DNA of 14,153 nt from Polyangiales bacterium (GCA_045106895.1 JBGCFM010000239.1:1-14153); one strand, 5' to 3'; numbered from the stretch's first letter, positions 1 through 7,530 are shown. Notes: a model not told the origin generated them from the sequence alone. A program made the numbers and translations.

Positions 1-323
1 ATCGCTGCCACCGAATCGAGAAGCCGCGCCGCGTCTGCGGCGTCGGCGACAGACACATACTGCCAACGCCGCGCGACTTCGAGAATCGCCGTCACCTCCC
101 GAGCAGAGCCAAGTGCCGTTGAGAAGCGTTGCTTCTTGTGCCCGCCTTGCTGGCCGAAGCCTTCGGCGAGGTGGAGAGGAATGGAGGTCGCGGCACGCCG
201 GAGTTGGTCGCGGAGCGAGCGGTCATGACGGCCGACGGAAGCCACCACCGGAACCAGCGCCGAGATGAGTTCAGAAGAAGCGTCCAAGACGCGAAAAGAA
301 GGAGTGGGCTTGGTTGTTTTCAT
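1..323 (-). CDS. Four helix bundle protein (23S rRNA intervening-sequence protein / TIGR02436 / Avd-like family), 3' end runs off the window edge
   Basis: Not in the ORF track. Manual translation from ATG at 323 (SD-like GTAGGGGT upstream) gives MKTTKPTPSFRVLDASSELISALVPVVASVGRHDRSLRDQLRRAATSIPLHLAEGFGQQGGHKKQRFSTALGSAREVTAILEVARRWQYV..., open to base 1. It contains the family motifs L-DQLRRAA-SI---AEG and F--A-GSA-E. Confidence 0.9.
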   Translation of the reverse strand, partial: MKTTKPTPSFRVLDASSELISALVPVVASVGRHDRSLRDQLRRAATSIPLHLAEGFGQQGGHKKQRFSTALGSAREVTAILEVARRWQYVSVADAADAARLLDSVAA

Positions 324-463
324 ACCCCTACTCGGCGCAGACTCCGTGACAGCGTTTTGAGGCCAAGCGCCCAAACGCGAAACACCCAAGTCCACCTAAG
401 TTGCCGCAAAACGCTGGCGCGGAATGTGCGCCACAAGGGTCTGAAAACAACCAAGCCCACTCC
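301..463 (-). promoter_or_regulatory. Long imperfect inverted repeat / 5' leader hairpin covering the SD, start codon and first 7 codons of the four-helix-bundle gene
   Basis: 301-322 and 442-463 form a perfect 22-bp IR. 324-331 pairs with 433-440 (with G-U on the minus strand). 334-359 pairs with 407-432 (22/26 Watson-Crick). 361-366 pairs with 401-405. Loop is about 367-400. Confidence 0.85.
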
Positions 464-485
464 GAGAGCAAACGACCGAATTTCT

Positions 486-613
486 GAACCCGAACCGAAA
501 CCGTACCCGAACCCGAACCCGTACCCGTACCTGAACCCGAACCCGAACCCGAACCCGAACCCGAAACCGAAACCGAAACCGAAACCGAAACCGAAACCGA
601 AACCGAAACCGAA
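486..613. repeat. Hexamer tandem array (GAACCC/GTACCC/GAAACC), about 21 units
   Basis: Read directly: mixed GAACCC/GTACCC units 486-532, 5x GAACCC 533-562, 8x GAAACC 563-610. Confidence 0.97.
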
Positions 614-653
614 GTTCTGGCTCAAGGCGCGCCCCAAGGTCAGAACCGTTCGC

Positions 654-1091
654 CTAAGTACCGCCCCCAGCGTGGCCACTTGAACGTCCGCTCAACAAGA
701 GCTCTACGATGTCCCGCCGGCGGTACCGCGTGGCCATATCGATGGCGGTGAGTCCTTCCGAATCCAGCGCGTGAACGTCCGCTTCAGCTTCCAGCAGAAT
801 GCGCAGGATCTCCCATCCCTCATCATCTCGCTGCCTCGTTTGGTACTCGCCGTCCGCGATACGGTCCACAACGAAATGAAGGGGCGCAAAGCCGTTCATG
901 ACCGAGCGAGCAGAGATGTCCCCGCCCACGTTCAGCGTAAGTGCAACCACCGCTGCGTTCCCGAGCTCGATGGCGAGATGAAGTGGAGTCCAGCCATTCC
1001 CAAGACGCGTTGTTGGATAGGGTGAGAGCAGGCGCTGAATGGTCTTAAGGTCCGCCTTTTCCATTGCGTCAGCGAGTTCTCGATCACTCAT
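654..1091 (-). CDS. Ankyrin repeat protein (~145 aa)
   Basis: Ankyrin motifs GWTPLHLAIELGNAAVVALTL, GFAPLHF, EILRILLEAEADVHALDSEGLTAIDMA...DIVELLL. The ATG at 1091 is preferred over the TTG at 1106. Confidence 0.9.
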   Translation of the reverse strand: MSDRELADAMEKADLKTIQRLLSPYPTTRLGNGWTPLHLAIELGNAAVVALTLNVGGDISARSVMNGFAPLHFVVDRIADGEYQTRQRDDEGWEILRILLEAEADVHALDSEGLTAIDMATRYRRRDIVELLLSGRSSGHAGGGT

Positions 1092-1123
1092 GCTTCCCTT
1101 TAGCAACCTGCTATGCCTTCAGC

Positions 1124-1306
1124 ATGAAGGTCTGCCCCGAGTGTCACAAGTCCAACCAAGACCACTACGCGCATTGTCTTGGATGCGGCGCTTCCCTCGA
1201 AGCTCCATCGGGCCCCGAAGACAATGCGGTTTCTCCGAACGCGGGCAAAGAGCTCAGCGGCTTTGAGCGATGGATGCGGCATCTCGCCGGCATCTTCGGC
1301 ATCTGA
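1124..1306 (+). CDS. Small zinc-ribbon protein (60 aa)
   Basis: MKVCPECHKSNQDHYAHCLGCGASL has the CxxC-x10-CxxCG zinc-ribbon pattern, followed by a linker and an amphipathic C-terminal helix (FERWMRHLAGIFGI). It is divergent from the ankyrin gene and 32 bp away. Confidence 0.65.
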   Translation: MKVCPECHKSNQDHYAHCLGCGASLEAPSGPEDNAVSPNAGKELSGFERWMRHLAGIFGI

Positions 1307-1402
1307 TCGAACTCCGAGGATTCGGCTCGCGAAGAAGCTGTCCCGAAGCTGCATGAACAGAGTTTTGAGCCAAGCTTGATGAGAGACTCGGTTCCAAGCA
1401 GC

Positions 1403-1858
1403 GTGCGAACTCTTCTACTAACCTTGGGCCTGCTATTGTCTTGCTCAACGGGGTCCGAATCAATTCCGCCTCAAGAAGAAGCTGCGACGAGTTCTGACGA
1501 CCAAACACGTGCTCGACCGATTCGACCGATTCGAGCGCAATCCGAGCCCTGCGAGGACCTCGCTTGCTCCTTCGGCCTACGCCCCGACGAAACCCTCCTC
1601 GGCCCCGAACTGCGACGCCACGGACAGTGGGTAGAACTCGAAGGCGGCGTCTCCTACGAGGCACGCGACGGCGGGGTCACGCGCCTTCAACTTCGTCCAT
1701 GCCCGCCGCTGCGAGGCGACCTCGCTTGGCTGGACCGCCACGGATTTTCCGCCGAGCACGCACGCGTCCGCAACCTGCGAGACGCGCGCGGTATCGAAGG
1801 TATCGAAGGATTCTGGCTCGAAGGCCGTGGCGCGTCATGCGTCATCTCCCAGCGATAA
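1403..1858 (+). CDS. Hypothetical lipoprotein
   Basis: From GTG 1403 the N-terminus MRTLLLTLGLLLSC looks like a signal peptide II with lipobox LLSC. There are two in-frame 9-bp duplications (1513-1534 RPI-RPI; 1790-1809 GIE-GIE). No recognisable domain; the start is uncertain (track gives 1376). Confidence 0.6.
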   Translation: MRTLLLTLGLLLSCSTGSESIPPQEEAATSSDDQTRARPIRPIRAQSEPCEDLACSFGLRPDETLLGPELRRHGQWVELEGGVSYEARDGGVTRLQLRPCPPLRGDLAWLDRHGFSAEHARVRNLRDARGIEGIEGFWLEGRGASCVISQR

Positions 1859-1904
1859 CCAGCGTTCAAGTGCCTTGCGCACTGCATCGAAGACTCCGTT
1901 CCGA

Positions 1905-1966
1905 GCACCCGAACCCGACTCGGAACCCGAAACTGAACCCGAGACCGAAACTGAACCCGAGACTGA
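1905..1966. repeat. Second, more degenerate hexamer array (GAACCC/GAAACT/GAGACC), about 10 units
   Basis: gcaccc gaaccc gactcg gaaccc gaaact gaaccc gagacc gaaact gaaccc gagact. Same orientation as 486-613; lies between convergent genes. Confidence 0.9.
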
Positions 1967-2001
1967 GGAACGGTCGAAAGCCCGAACCGAAAGGGCGAGC
2001 C

Positions 2002-2847
2002 CTAGCTCACGTAGAGAACAGTCCCCGTGTCCAGGTCCAGCAGACTCTTGGACTTGAGCAATGCGCGCTCCTCGCCGATATGGATCTTGTTCGCCTTCCG
2101 CCGAAAAGTCGACGACGCGAGGCCGAGCAAAGTGGCCATCGCGCGCTTCTTGAGAACCACCTCCCGGCGCTCTCCGTCAAAGTCGAGAACAAGAGACAAG
2201 GCCGGGTAACGAGAGAAAGGTAGCTCGCCTTCCACCTCAAGCTTTTGACCACGCTCCACGAGAGCGCTGGCGATGCGCGCAATGTTTCGGCAGTCATCGA
2301 TGCCGCGGTGGTGTCGACCTTCGAGTTCCAGGTCCAGGGCTTTCAGCATGCCGAGCATGCCGCCTTTGACGGACCCGCCGTTCCACGCTGCGAAGGGCTT
2401 CTTGATGTTGATCCATCGGCGGTACGCGTGGGGCACAAAACCGATGACGGGGTCCGTCGCCGAGAGCTGCGCGGGCAACATGGTCTGAAGGTCCCAGTCG
2501 CCGCAGGTGATGAAGGCGAAGTCGAGGGGCACTCCATCTTCCGGCGACACTTGAAGAGAGTTCGAACCAAGCCAGGCCTGGTGCACCTTAAAGATGTCGG
2601 GGAACGTCTGCGCGGCATCTACCTGCGACTGCTCGATGCCCGTGAGCTCCATACAAAATGGAGTAAGCACCGGGTGATGCGTGGGCCGAACGAAGGACTC
2701 GAACTCGGCCACCTTCTCCATTTTCGCGTTGAGTAGCACCGAAGGGAACTCGATGATCTCTTGCGGCGATGGCGCCGCCTGTTTGTCGCAAGTCGACTCG
2801 AAATCGAGGACGACGTAGTGGCGGAGTGGGGTCTGCGCTTTGGCCAT
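2002..2847 (-). CDS. ERI1/KapD-like DEDDh 3'-5' exonuclease with a ~70-aa C-terminal extension
   Basis: ExoI YVVLDFESTC..EIIEFP, FVRP...LTPFC.ELTGIEQSQVD, ExoII TCGDWDL, ExoIII LEGRHHRGIDDCRNIA. These are hallmark ERI-1 family motifs. Confidence 0.92.
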   Translation of the reverse strand: MAKAQTPLRHYVVLDFESTCDKQAAPSPQEIIEFPSVLLNAKMEKVAEFESFVRPTHHPVLTPFCMELTGIEQSQVDAAQTFPDIFKVHQAWLGSNSLQVSPEDGVPLDFAFITCGDWDLQTMLPAQLSATDPVIGFVPHAYRRWINIKKPFAAWNGGSVKGGMLGMLKALDLELEGRHHRGIDDCRNIARIASALVERGQKLEVEGELPFSRYPALSLVLDFDGERREVVLKKRAMATLLGLASSTFRRKANKIHIGEERALLKSKSLLDLDTGTVLYVS

Positions 2848-2904
2848 GCCTCCCTATAGAGGGAGGAACGCGACAAGTCAGCCTCACTCCGCCAAACGAG
2901 CTAT

Positions 2905-4161
2905 CTAGTACCCAAAGGCGCAGCTAAAGTGCGTGCTCCCTGGAGTGCAGTAGGTCCCTGCTGGACAGTCGACGAACTCAAGTCCCGCCGCCGTGCAGCG
3001 GACGAACACGTTCGCTTCACCGGCGCATTCGAAGTCGTATGCGCCGGCCCAGACGCCACAGTCCGCACCCGGAGGTGCCGCTGGCGGAGGAGGAGGGTCG
3101 CTCGCAGGAGGCGGGTCGCTCGGTGCGTCACCTGGCCATGGGCAGGTCCAGATTTCGACGGGCGTTGCGCATCCGTTGCCTGCCAGATTTCCCCATGCGT
3201 CGAGGTGAAGGCCAACGCATCCACCGCACCAGCCGCAGTACGTGTCGTCGATGCAGCTCCCGCAATCAGCGTGGGCTGCGCAGCGCGCCCCGACGGATCC
3301 CGGCTCATGACCGCTCGGGGGAGGAGGATCCGCCGGCGGCGGGTCACTTGGGTCGCTCGGCGGCACAGGTTCGTCCCCGGGTGGGTCGGCTGGCCCGGGA
3401 GGATCGGCTGGGTCGGCTGGGTCGGCAGGGTCCGCGGGAGCGTCCGTCGCGCTCCAAACGAGAGGCGACGACTCACGCCACGCGTTCACCTGCGCAAGCA
3501 ACCTGTCGGCGTAGGGTGGAATCTCGCCGAAGAGGTCTCGTCCCGTGCTGATGATGTACGCGCTGTTGACGCGCACAACCTCGCCCGCTTCCGTCATCGT
3601 CGGGCCGCCGGAGTCTCCTGGGCACAGGTTGTATGTGTCGGCGCCCCATCCATACGTGATGGACTGCTTGCCGAAGGCGCCGCCGCCACCGCGTGCCTGG
3701 CAGCCGTAGCCATAGATGGTCATGGGTGCGCCGCGCGGAATCGTCGCGAGAGCCGGAGGCGCTGGACGCGCGACGGAAGAAGGAACCGCTTCCGAGAGCT
3801 GGAGCAGCGCCACATCTGTGGAGCTTGGGTCCGAAGGTCCGCCGAGCACAAGGACCTGCTGAATCGTGTAGGTGAAGCGCTGGCCTGGCCGTGGTTCCAG
3901 GGTGAAGGTGCCGTGGTTGCCCACGCCTCGCGTCGCAAAGTCGACGCAGTGTGCAGCGGTAATCACCGTGCGAGCGCTGCCGAAGAGCGTCGCGGTGCAA
4001 CTCCCGCCGGTGCTGATGGAGCCGACCTCCGGACGCTCGAAGGTATAGCGTCCGCCGAGGAGTTCACCCTCCGACGATGCGGGTGCCCCGGCTACTTGTT
4101 GTGGTGCGCATCCTAGGGCCGTGAGGCCGCAAGTCGCGATGATCATCAAACGTCTCAGCAT
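2905..4161 (-). CDS. Trypsin-like (S1) serine protease lipoprotein with Pro/Asp linkers and Cys-rich C-terminal modules
   Basis: Catalytic motifs ITAAHC, DVALLQL, CPGDSGGP. Lipobox TALGC. AAGGAG SD before ATG 4161, so the real start is downstream of the track's 4236. Confidence 0.92.
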   Translation of the reverse strand: MLRRLMIIATCGLTALGCAPQQVAGAPASSEGELLGGRYTFERPEVGSISTGGSCTATLFGSARTVITAAHCVDFATRGVGNHGTFTLEPRPGQRFTYTIQQVLVLGGPSDPSSTDVALLQLSEAVPSSVARPAPPALATIPRGAPMTIYGYGCQARGGGGAFGKQSITYGWGADTYNLCPGDSGGPTMTEAGEVVRVNSAYIISTGRDLFGEIPPYADRLLAQVNAWRESSPLVWSATDAPADPADPADPADPPGPADPPGDEPVPPSDPSDPPPADPPPPSGHEPGSVGARCAAHADCGSCIDDTYCGWCGGCVGLHLDAWGNLAGNGCATPVEIWTCPWPGDAPSDPPPASDPPPPPAAPPGADCGVWAGAYDFECAGEANVFVRCTAAGLEFVDCPAGTYCTPGSTHFSCAFGY

Positions 4162-4368
4162 GAGTCTCCTTCGTGTGCGTGCGGAGCGAGGTTCACGCCG
4201 CACCCGAACGAAGTAGCAATGAGTGCGCCAACTCACCTGGAGCGAAGTACCCCTACGTTTGCGCGTCGATGCGGACGAAAGTCCGCAGGAAGCGGGCGCA
4301 TTCTGGCCTGGCTGGTCAATGCCTGGACGTTTCGCGAAATCCGTTGAAGCTTGCGCGCCGCGCGCGTC

Positions 4369-4377
4369 TGTTAGGCT
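4369..4377 (+). promoter_or_regulatory. Extended -10 element (TG-T-TAGGCT) 8 nt before the kinase GTG; likely leaderless promoter
   Basis: Matches TGnTAnnnT, there is no SD, and kinase homology begins right after GTG 4386. Confidence 0.5.
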
Positions 4378-4385
4378 CCGGATCC

Positions 4386-6236
4386 GTGACTCAGGCCCCC
4401 GAAGATCGAATCGGCGACGTCGTCGACCGCTACCGTATCGAGCGCCTGCTCGGAGCGGGCGGCTTTGGCTCCGTGTACGTGGCGCAGCACATTCACATGC
4501 AGCGCTCCGTCGCGCTTAAGCTCCTTCACGGACAGCACCTCCAAGGGCCCAAGGGGCGAGAGATGCGCGACCGTTTCCTTCGAGAAGCGCAAGCCGCCGC
4601 CGCCATCGGTCACCCAAGCATCGTGCAAGTGTTCGACTCCGGCGTCGCCGGCGACGACACCTTCCTCGCGATGGAACTCCTCGAAGGGGAAGACCTCGAC
4701 AGCTACCTGACGCGCGAGCGTGCCGTCCCAGCCACCTCCGCCGTCGCCTTCACCTTACGCCTCCTTGAAGCCGTCGGCGCGGCACATCGCGCGGGCATCG
4801 TTCACCGCGACCTGAAACCCGCGAACATCTTCTTGGTGGCCAAACAGACCGGCGGGCCCCTCGACGATCAGCCGATCAAGCTCCTCGACTTTGGCATCTC
4901 CAAAGTACGTGGTGCAGGCGTCGAGCAGCTCACCCGCACCGGTGCGGTGATGGGCACGCCCCACTATATGGCCCCAGAGATGTTCCTCGGCGTGAGCGAA
5001 GTGGACGGTCGCGCGGACCTCTACGCCGTCGCCGCGATCCTCTACGAGATGCTCACGGGTGGACCGCCGCACAAAGCGACGAGCTACGAGCACCTCGTCG
5101 TTCAGGTCGCCACCACCGCCGCCAAGAGCCTCGGAGAACATCGCTCGGACCTTTCCCGCGGACTCATCAGCGTCGTCGACCGCTGCCTGAAGACCGACCC
5201 GAACGAACGCTATCCAAGCGCTGAAGCCTTCGCCGAAGCCTTGACCGGCGCCGACAAGAGCTCCAGCTCCATGACGGCGGAAGACATGCTCGGAGATACC
5301 GCCTACGACCTCTCGCCCGGCGGCGCGCAGACCGCAAACCCAGCCGACTCCGCCTCGCGGATCTCGTCCGAAGAAGCGCGGCCTTCCAGCCAGCCAGGTG
5401 CCGACAGCTCCACGCTGCATCGATGGCTTCCCGTCGGCATCGCCGTGTTGCTCCTGGGAGCCGGCGGAGCGTTGTGGGCCATGACATCCGGCTCTGGCGA
5501 GCTCAACACCCTACCCGACACAACAAGCGCCAGCACCCCACCTGCTGTCCAAGAGCCTGTCCAAGAGCCTGTCCAAGAGCCTGTCCAAGAGCCTGTCCAA
5601 GAGCCTGTGCACGAACAGGCAACTCCCTTGGTCCAAGAAGCAGCGCACACTCCACAGGACGAGACCCCGGAGGTAAACGAAGAGGCACCGACGATGAGTA
5701 CGATGAGCACGATGCGCGCCGTGCCGAGCGCAATGCGTGCATCAAGCACCTCGGCCGTGGCCGAAATGCTCGCGGCTCCGCCCAGAATGGGCGCCGTGCC
5801 CACGCCGGCGATGAACGCCGTGAGTGCGCCGACAAGACCGTCAAGCGAAGCCAGGCCGGGGCGTATTCAGATTCCCTGCGGCCCCGGGAGCTTCCGGGCA
5901 GACGCGTATCTCGCGGGTCCCCAAACGAGCATCCGCGTGTCGTCCGGACAACAGGGCGGCGTCACCGAATCCACCACGGTGCTTCGACAGAGCGTCCAGT
6001 CCCAGACCGCTCGCCGCATTCTCCAATGCTACGGCCGCGAACCCATCGCCATCGGTCAGGGCGTCGACTTTCACGTGGGCCCGGGCGGCGTCGTCTCGAA
6101 CGTCGTCGTCAACCAGCGCTGTCCCATCGCGCAACACGTCGTGAGATGCCTCGTTGGCGTCTTCGAGTCCATCGACCTCTCCAGCGTCCAGCGAGGCGAA
6201 GGCGACGCGCGCATAGGATTCACCGCAGGGGGCTAG
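4386..6236 (+). CDS. Membrane Hanks-type Ser/Thr protein kinase with an extracytoplasmic AgmX/PglI (TonB-C-like) C-terminal domain
   Basis: LGAGGFGSVY, VALKLL, RFLREA, HRDLKPANIF, KLLDFGISK, GTPHYMAPE, DLYAVAAILYEMLTG. TM segment WLPVGIAVLLLGAGGALWAM. The tail ILQCY...VDFHVGPGGVVSNV...VVRCL resembles AgmX C-terminal domains (less certain). Confidence 0.95.
   Translation: MTQAPEDRIGDVVDRYRIERLLGAGGFGSVYVAQHIHMQRSVALKLLHGQHLQGPKGREMRDRFLREAQAAAAIGHPSIVQVFDSGVAGDDTFLAMELLEGEDLDSYLTRERAVPATSAVAFTLRLLEAVGAAHRAGIVHRDLKPANIFLVAKQTGGPLDDQPIKLLDFGISKVRGAGVEQLTRTGAVMGTPHYMAPEMFLGVSEVDGRADLYAVAAILYEMLTGGPPHKATSYEHLVVQVATTAAKSLGEHRSDLSRGLISVVDRCLKTDPNERYPSAEAFAEALTGADKSSSSMTAEDMLGDTAYDLSPGGAQTANPADSASRISSEEARPSSQPGADSSTLHRWLPVGIAVLLLGAGGALWAMTSGSGELNTLPDTTSASTPPAVQEPVQEPVQEPVQEPVQEPVHEQATPLVQEAAHTPQDETPEVNEEAPTMSTMSTMRAVPSAMRASSTSAVAEMLAAPPRMGAVPTPAMNAVSAPTRPSSEARPGRIQIPCGPGSFRADAYLAGPQTSIRVSSGQQGGVTESTTVLRQSVQSQTARRILQCYGREPIAIGQGVDFHVGPGGVVSNVVVNQRCPIAQHVVRCLVGVFESIDLSSVQRGEGDARIGFTAGG
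5545..5608 (+). repeat. 12-bp coding tandem repeat (CTGTCCAAGAGC) x5 encoding (PVQE)n
   Basis: Five perfect copies plus CTGT, in the kinase's post-TM linker. Confidence 0.97.
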
Positions 6237-6257
6237 GCGGCGTGGCATGCTACGCGA

Positions 6258-6746
6258 ATGCACCTCGACGGATCCTGTCACTGCGGCCTCGTACGTTTCA
6301 CTCTCGAATCGCCCGCGCCTTGGCCCTACCAGCGCTGCTACTGCTCAATCTGTCGAAAAACAGGAAGCGGCGGCTTCATGATCAACCTGGGTGGAGACGC
6401 CAAGTCCCTCGTCGTCCAAGGCGAAGAGAACGTCGCGGTGTATCGCGTGGACCTTGGCGAGGGTCGGCTGAGCAAACATGGCCGGCACTTCTGTCGCGAA
6501 TGCGGCTGCCACCTCTGGGCGTACAGCGAGCGTTGGCCCGACTTGGTGCACCCCGTCGCGAGCGCCATCGACACGCCGCTTCCGAAGCCCCCACGCCACG
6601 TCCACATGATGGTCGGCAGCAGGGCGCAATGGGTTCCCGTAGACGCGGGGGAAGAGGACTCCACCTTCGACGACTACCCGGAGCAATCCCTCGCGGACTT
6701 TCATCGCGACGGCGGCTATGACGACACGGCCGCGCCTTCGGACTAA
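6258..6746 (+). CDS. GFA / CENP-V family zinc-binding protein
   Basis: GSCHCG..VRF, RCYCSICRK, RHFCRECG, and P..H...GSRAQW motifs. Confidence 0.93.
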   Translation: MHLDGSCHCGLVRFTLESPAPWPYQRCYCSICRKTGSGGFMINLGGDAKSLVVQGEENVAVYRVDLGEGRLSKHGRHFCRECGCHLWAYSERWPDLVHPVASAIDTPLPKPPRHVHMMVGSRAQWVPVDAGEEDSTFDDYPEQSLADFHRDGGYDDTAAPSD

Positions 6747-6775
6747 GCCCAACGCAGCGCACGAAAAGAGAACGG

Positions 6776-7465
6776 ATGAAACACTCAGAGAAGCACAACG
6801 CACACCGAGTCGGATGGCTTCGGGCGGCGGTTCTCGGCGCGAACGACGGCATCGTCTCCACGGCGAGTCTCGTCATCGGCGTCGCCGCGGCCAGCGCCGC
6901 GCGGGGGGAAGTCTTGACGGCTGGCGTCGCCGGTCTCGTCGCTGGGGCGATGTCTATGGCTGCCGGCGAATATGTGTCCGTGAGCTCCCAAGCCGACACA
7001 GAGCGCGCGGATTTGGAGCGCGAGCGCCGGGAACTGCGTGCTTCCCCAACGGAGGAGGCGGCGGAGCTCGCGGACATCTATGTCGGCCGAGGACTCGACC
7101 CGGATCTTGCGAAGAAGGTCTCCGCACAGCTCACGGCGCATGACGCGCTCGGCGCCCACGCTCGCGACGAGCTAGGGATCACCGACGGGGGTGCCGCGCG
7201 TCCTGTCCAAGCCGCCCTCTCCTCCGCCGCTATGTTCGCCCTGGGAGCGGCTCTTCCGCTTCTCGCGTTCATGCTCTGCCCACTCTCTTGGGCACTCCCC
7301 GTCGTCGTGGCTACTTCGCTCAGCTCGCTGGCCCTCCTCGGCGTGGTGAGCGCTCGCCTGGGCGGCGCACGCGTTTGGGTGGCGGTCATGCGCGTGAGCT
7401 TCTGGGGGGCCCTCGCCATGGGTTTGACGGCTGGGATTGGTGCGCTCTTCGGCACAGTCGTGTGA
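6776..7465 (+). CDS. VIT1/CCC1 family Fe2+/Mn2+ transporter
   Basis: WLRAAVLGANDGIVS, AGAMSMAAGEYVSVSSQAD, AHARDELG, PVQAALSSA; multiple TM helices. Confidence 0.96.
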   Translation: MKHSEKHNAHRVGWLRAAVLGANDGIVSTASLVIGVAAASAARGEVLTAGVAGLVAGAMSMAAGEYVSVSSQADTERADLERERRELRASPTEEAAELADIYVGRGLDPDLAKKVSAQLTAHDALGAHARDELGITDGGAARPVQAALSSAAMFALGAALPLLAFMLCPLSWALPVVVATSLSSLALLGVVSARLGGARVWVAVMRVSFWGALAMGLTAGIGALFGTVV

Positions 7466-7530
7466 TGCTCGGCGCCGCCCATGCCCGCGCTGTCCTTCGG
7501 CGGCGAGCGCGCCATGCTACTTAGTGTTCC

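Noticed and set aside
1..463. 23S rRNA gene with an intervening sequence
   Set aside because: No rRNA-like sequence flanks the four-helix-bundle gene on the visible side.
129..683. ORFs 129..683 (+, PN/PK repeats) and 320..679 (-, FG repeats)
   Set aside because: They are stop-free translations of the hexamer array. The + ORF is antisense to the real four-helix-bundle gene, and the FG run is not evidence of a nucleoporin-like protein.
1..700. Diversity-generating retroelement (Avd-like gene plus hairpin)
   Set aside because: No reverse transcriptase and no TR/VR pair differing at adenines in the window. It cannot be fully excluded because sequence left of base 1 is unseen.
654..1858. Integron cassette array of small genes
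   Set aside because: The genes are divergently oriented and no RYYYAAC...GTTRRRY attC pairs were found after their stops.
4173..4385. Track's longer N-termini for the kinase (4173) and protease (4236)
   Set aside because: The two extensions would overlap each other. An SD before ATG 4161 and an extended -10 before GTG 4386 give better starts and leave a normal divergent intergenic region.
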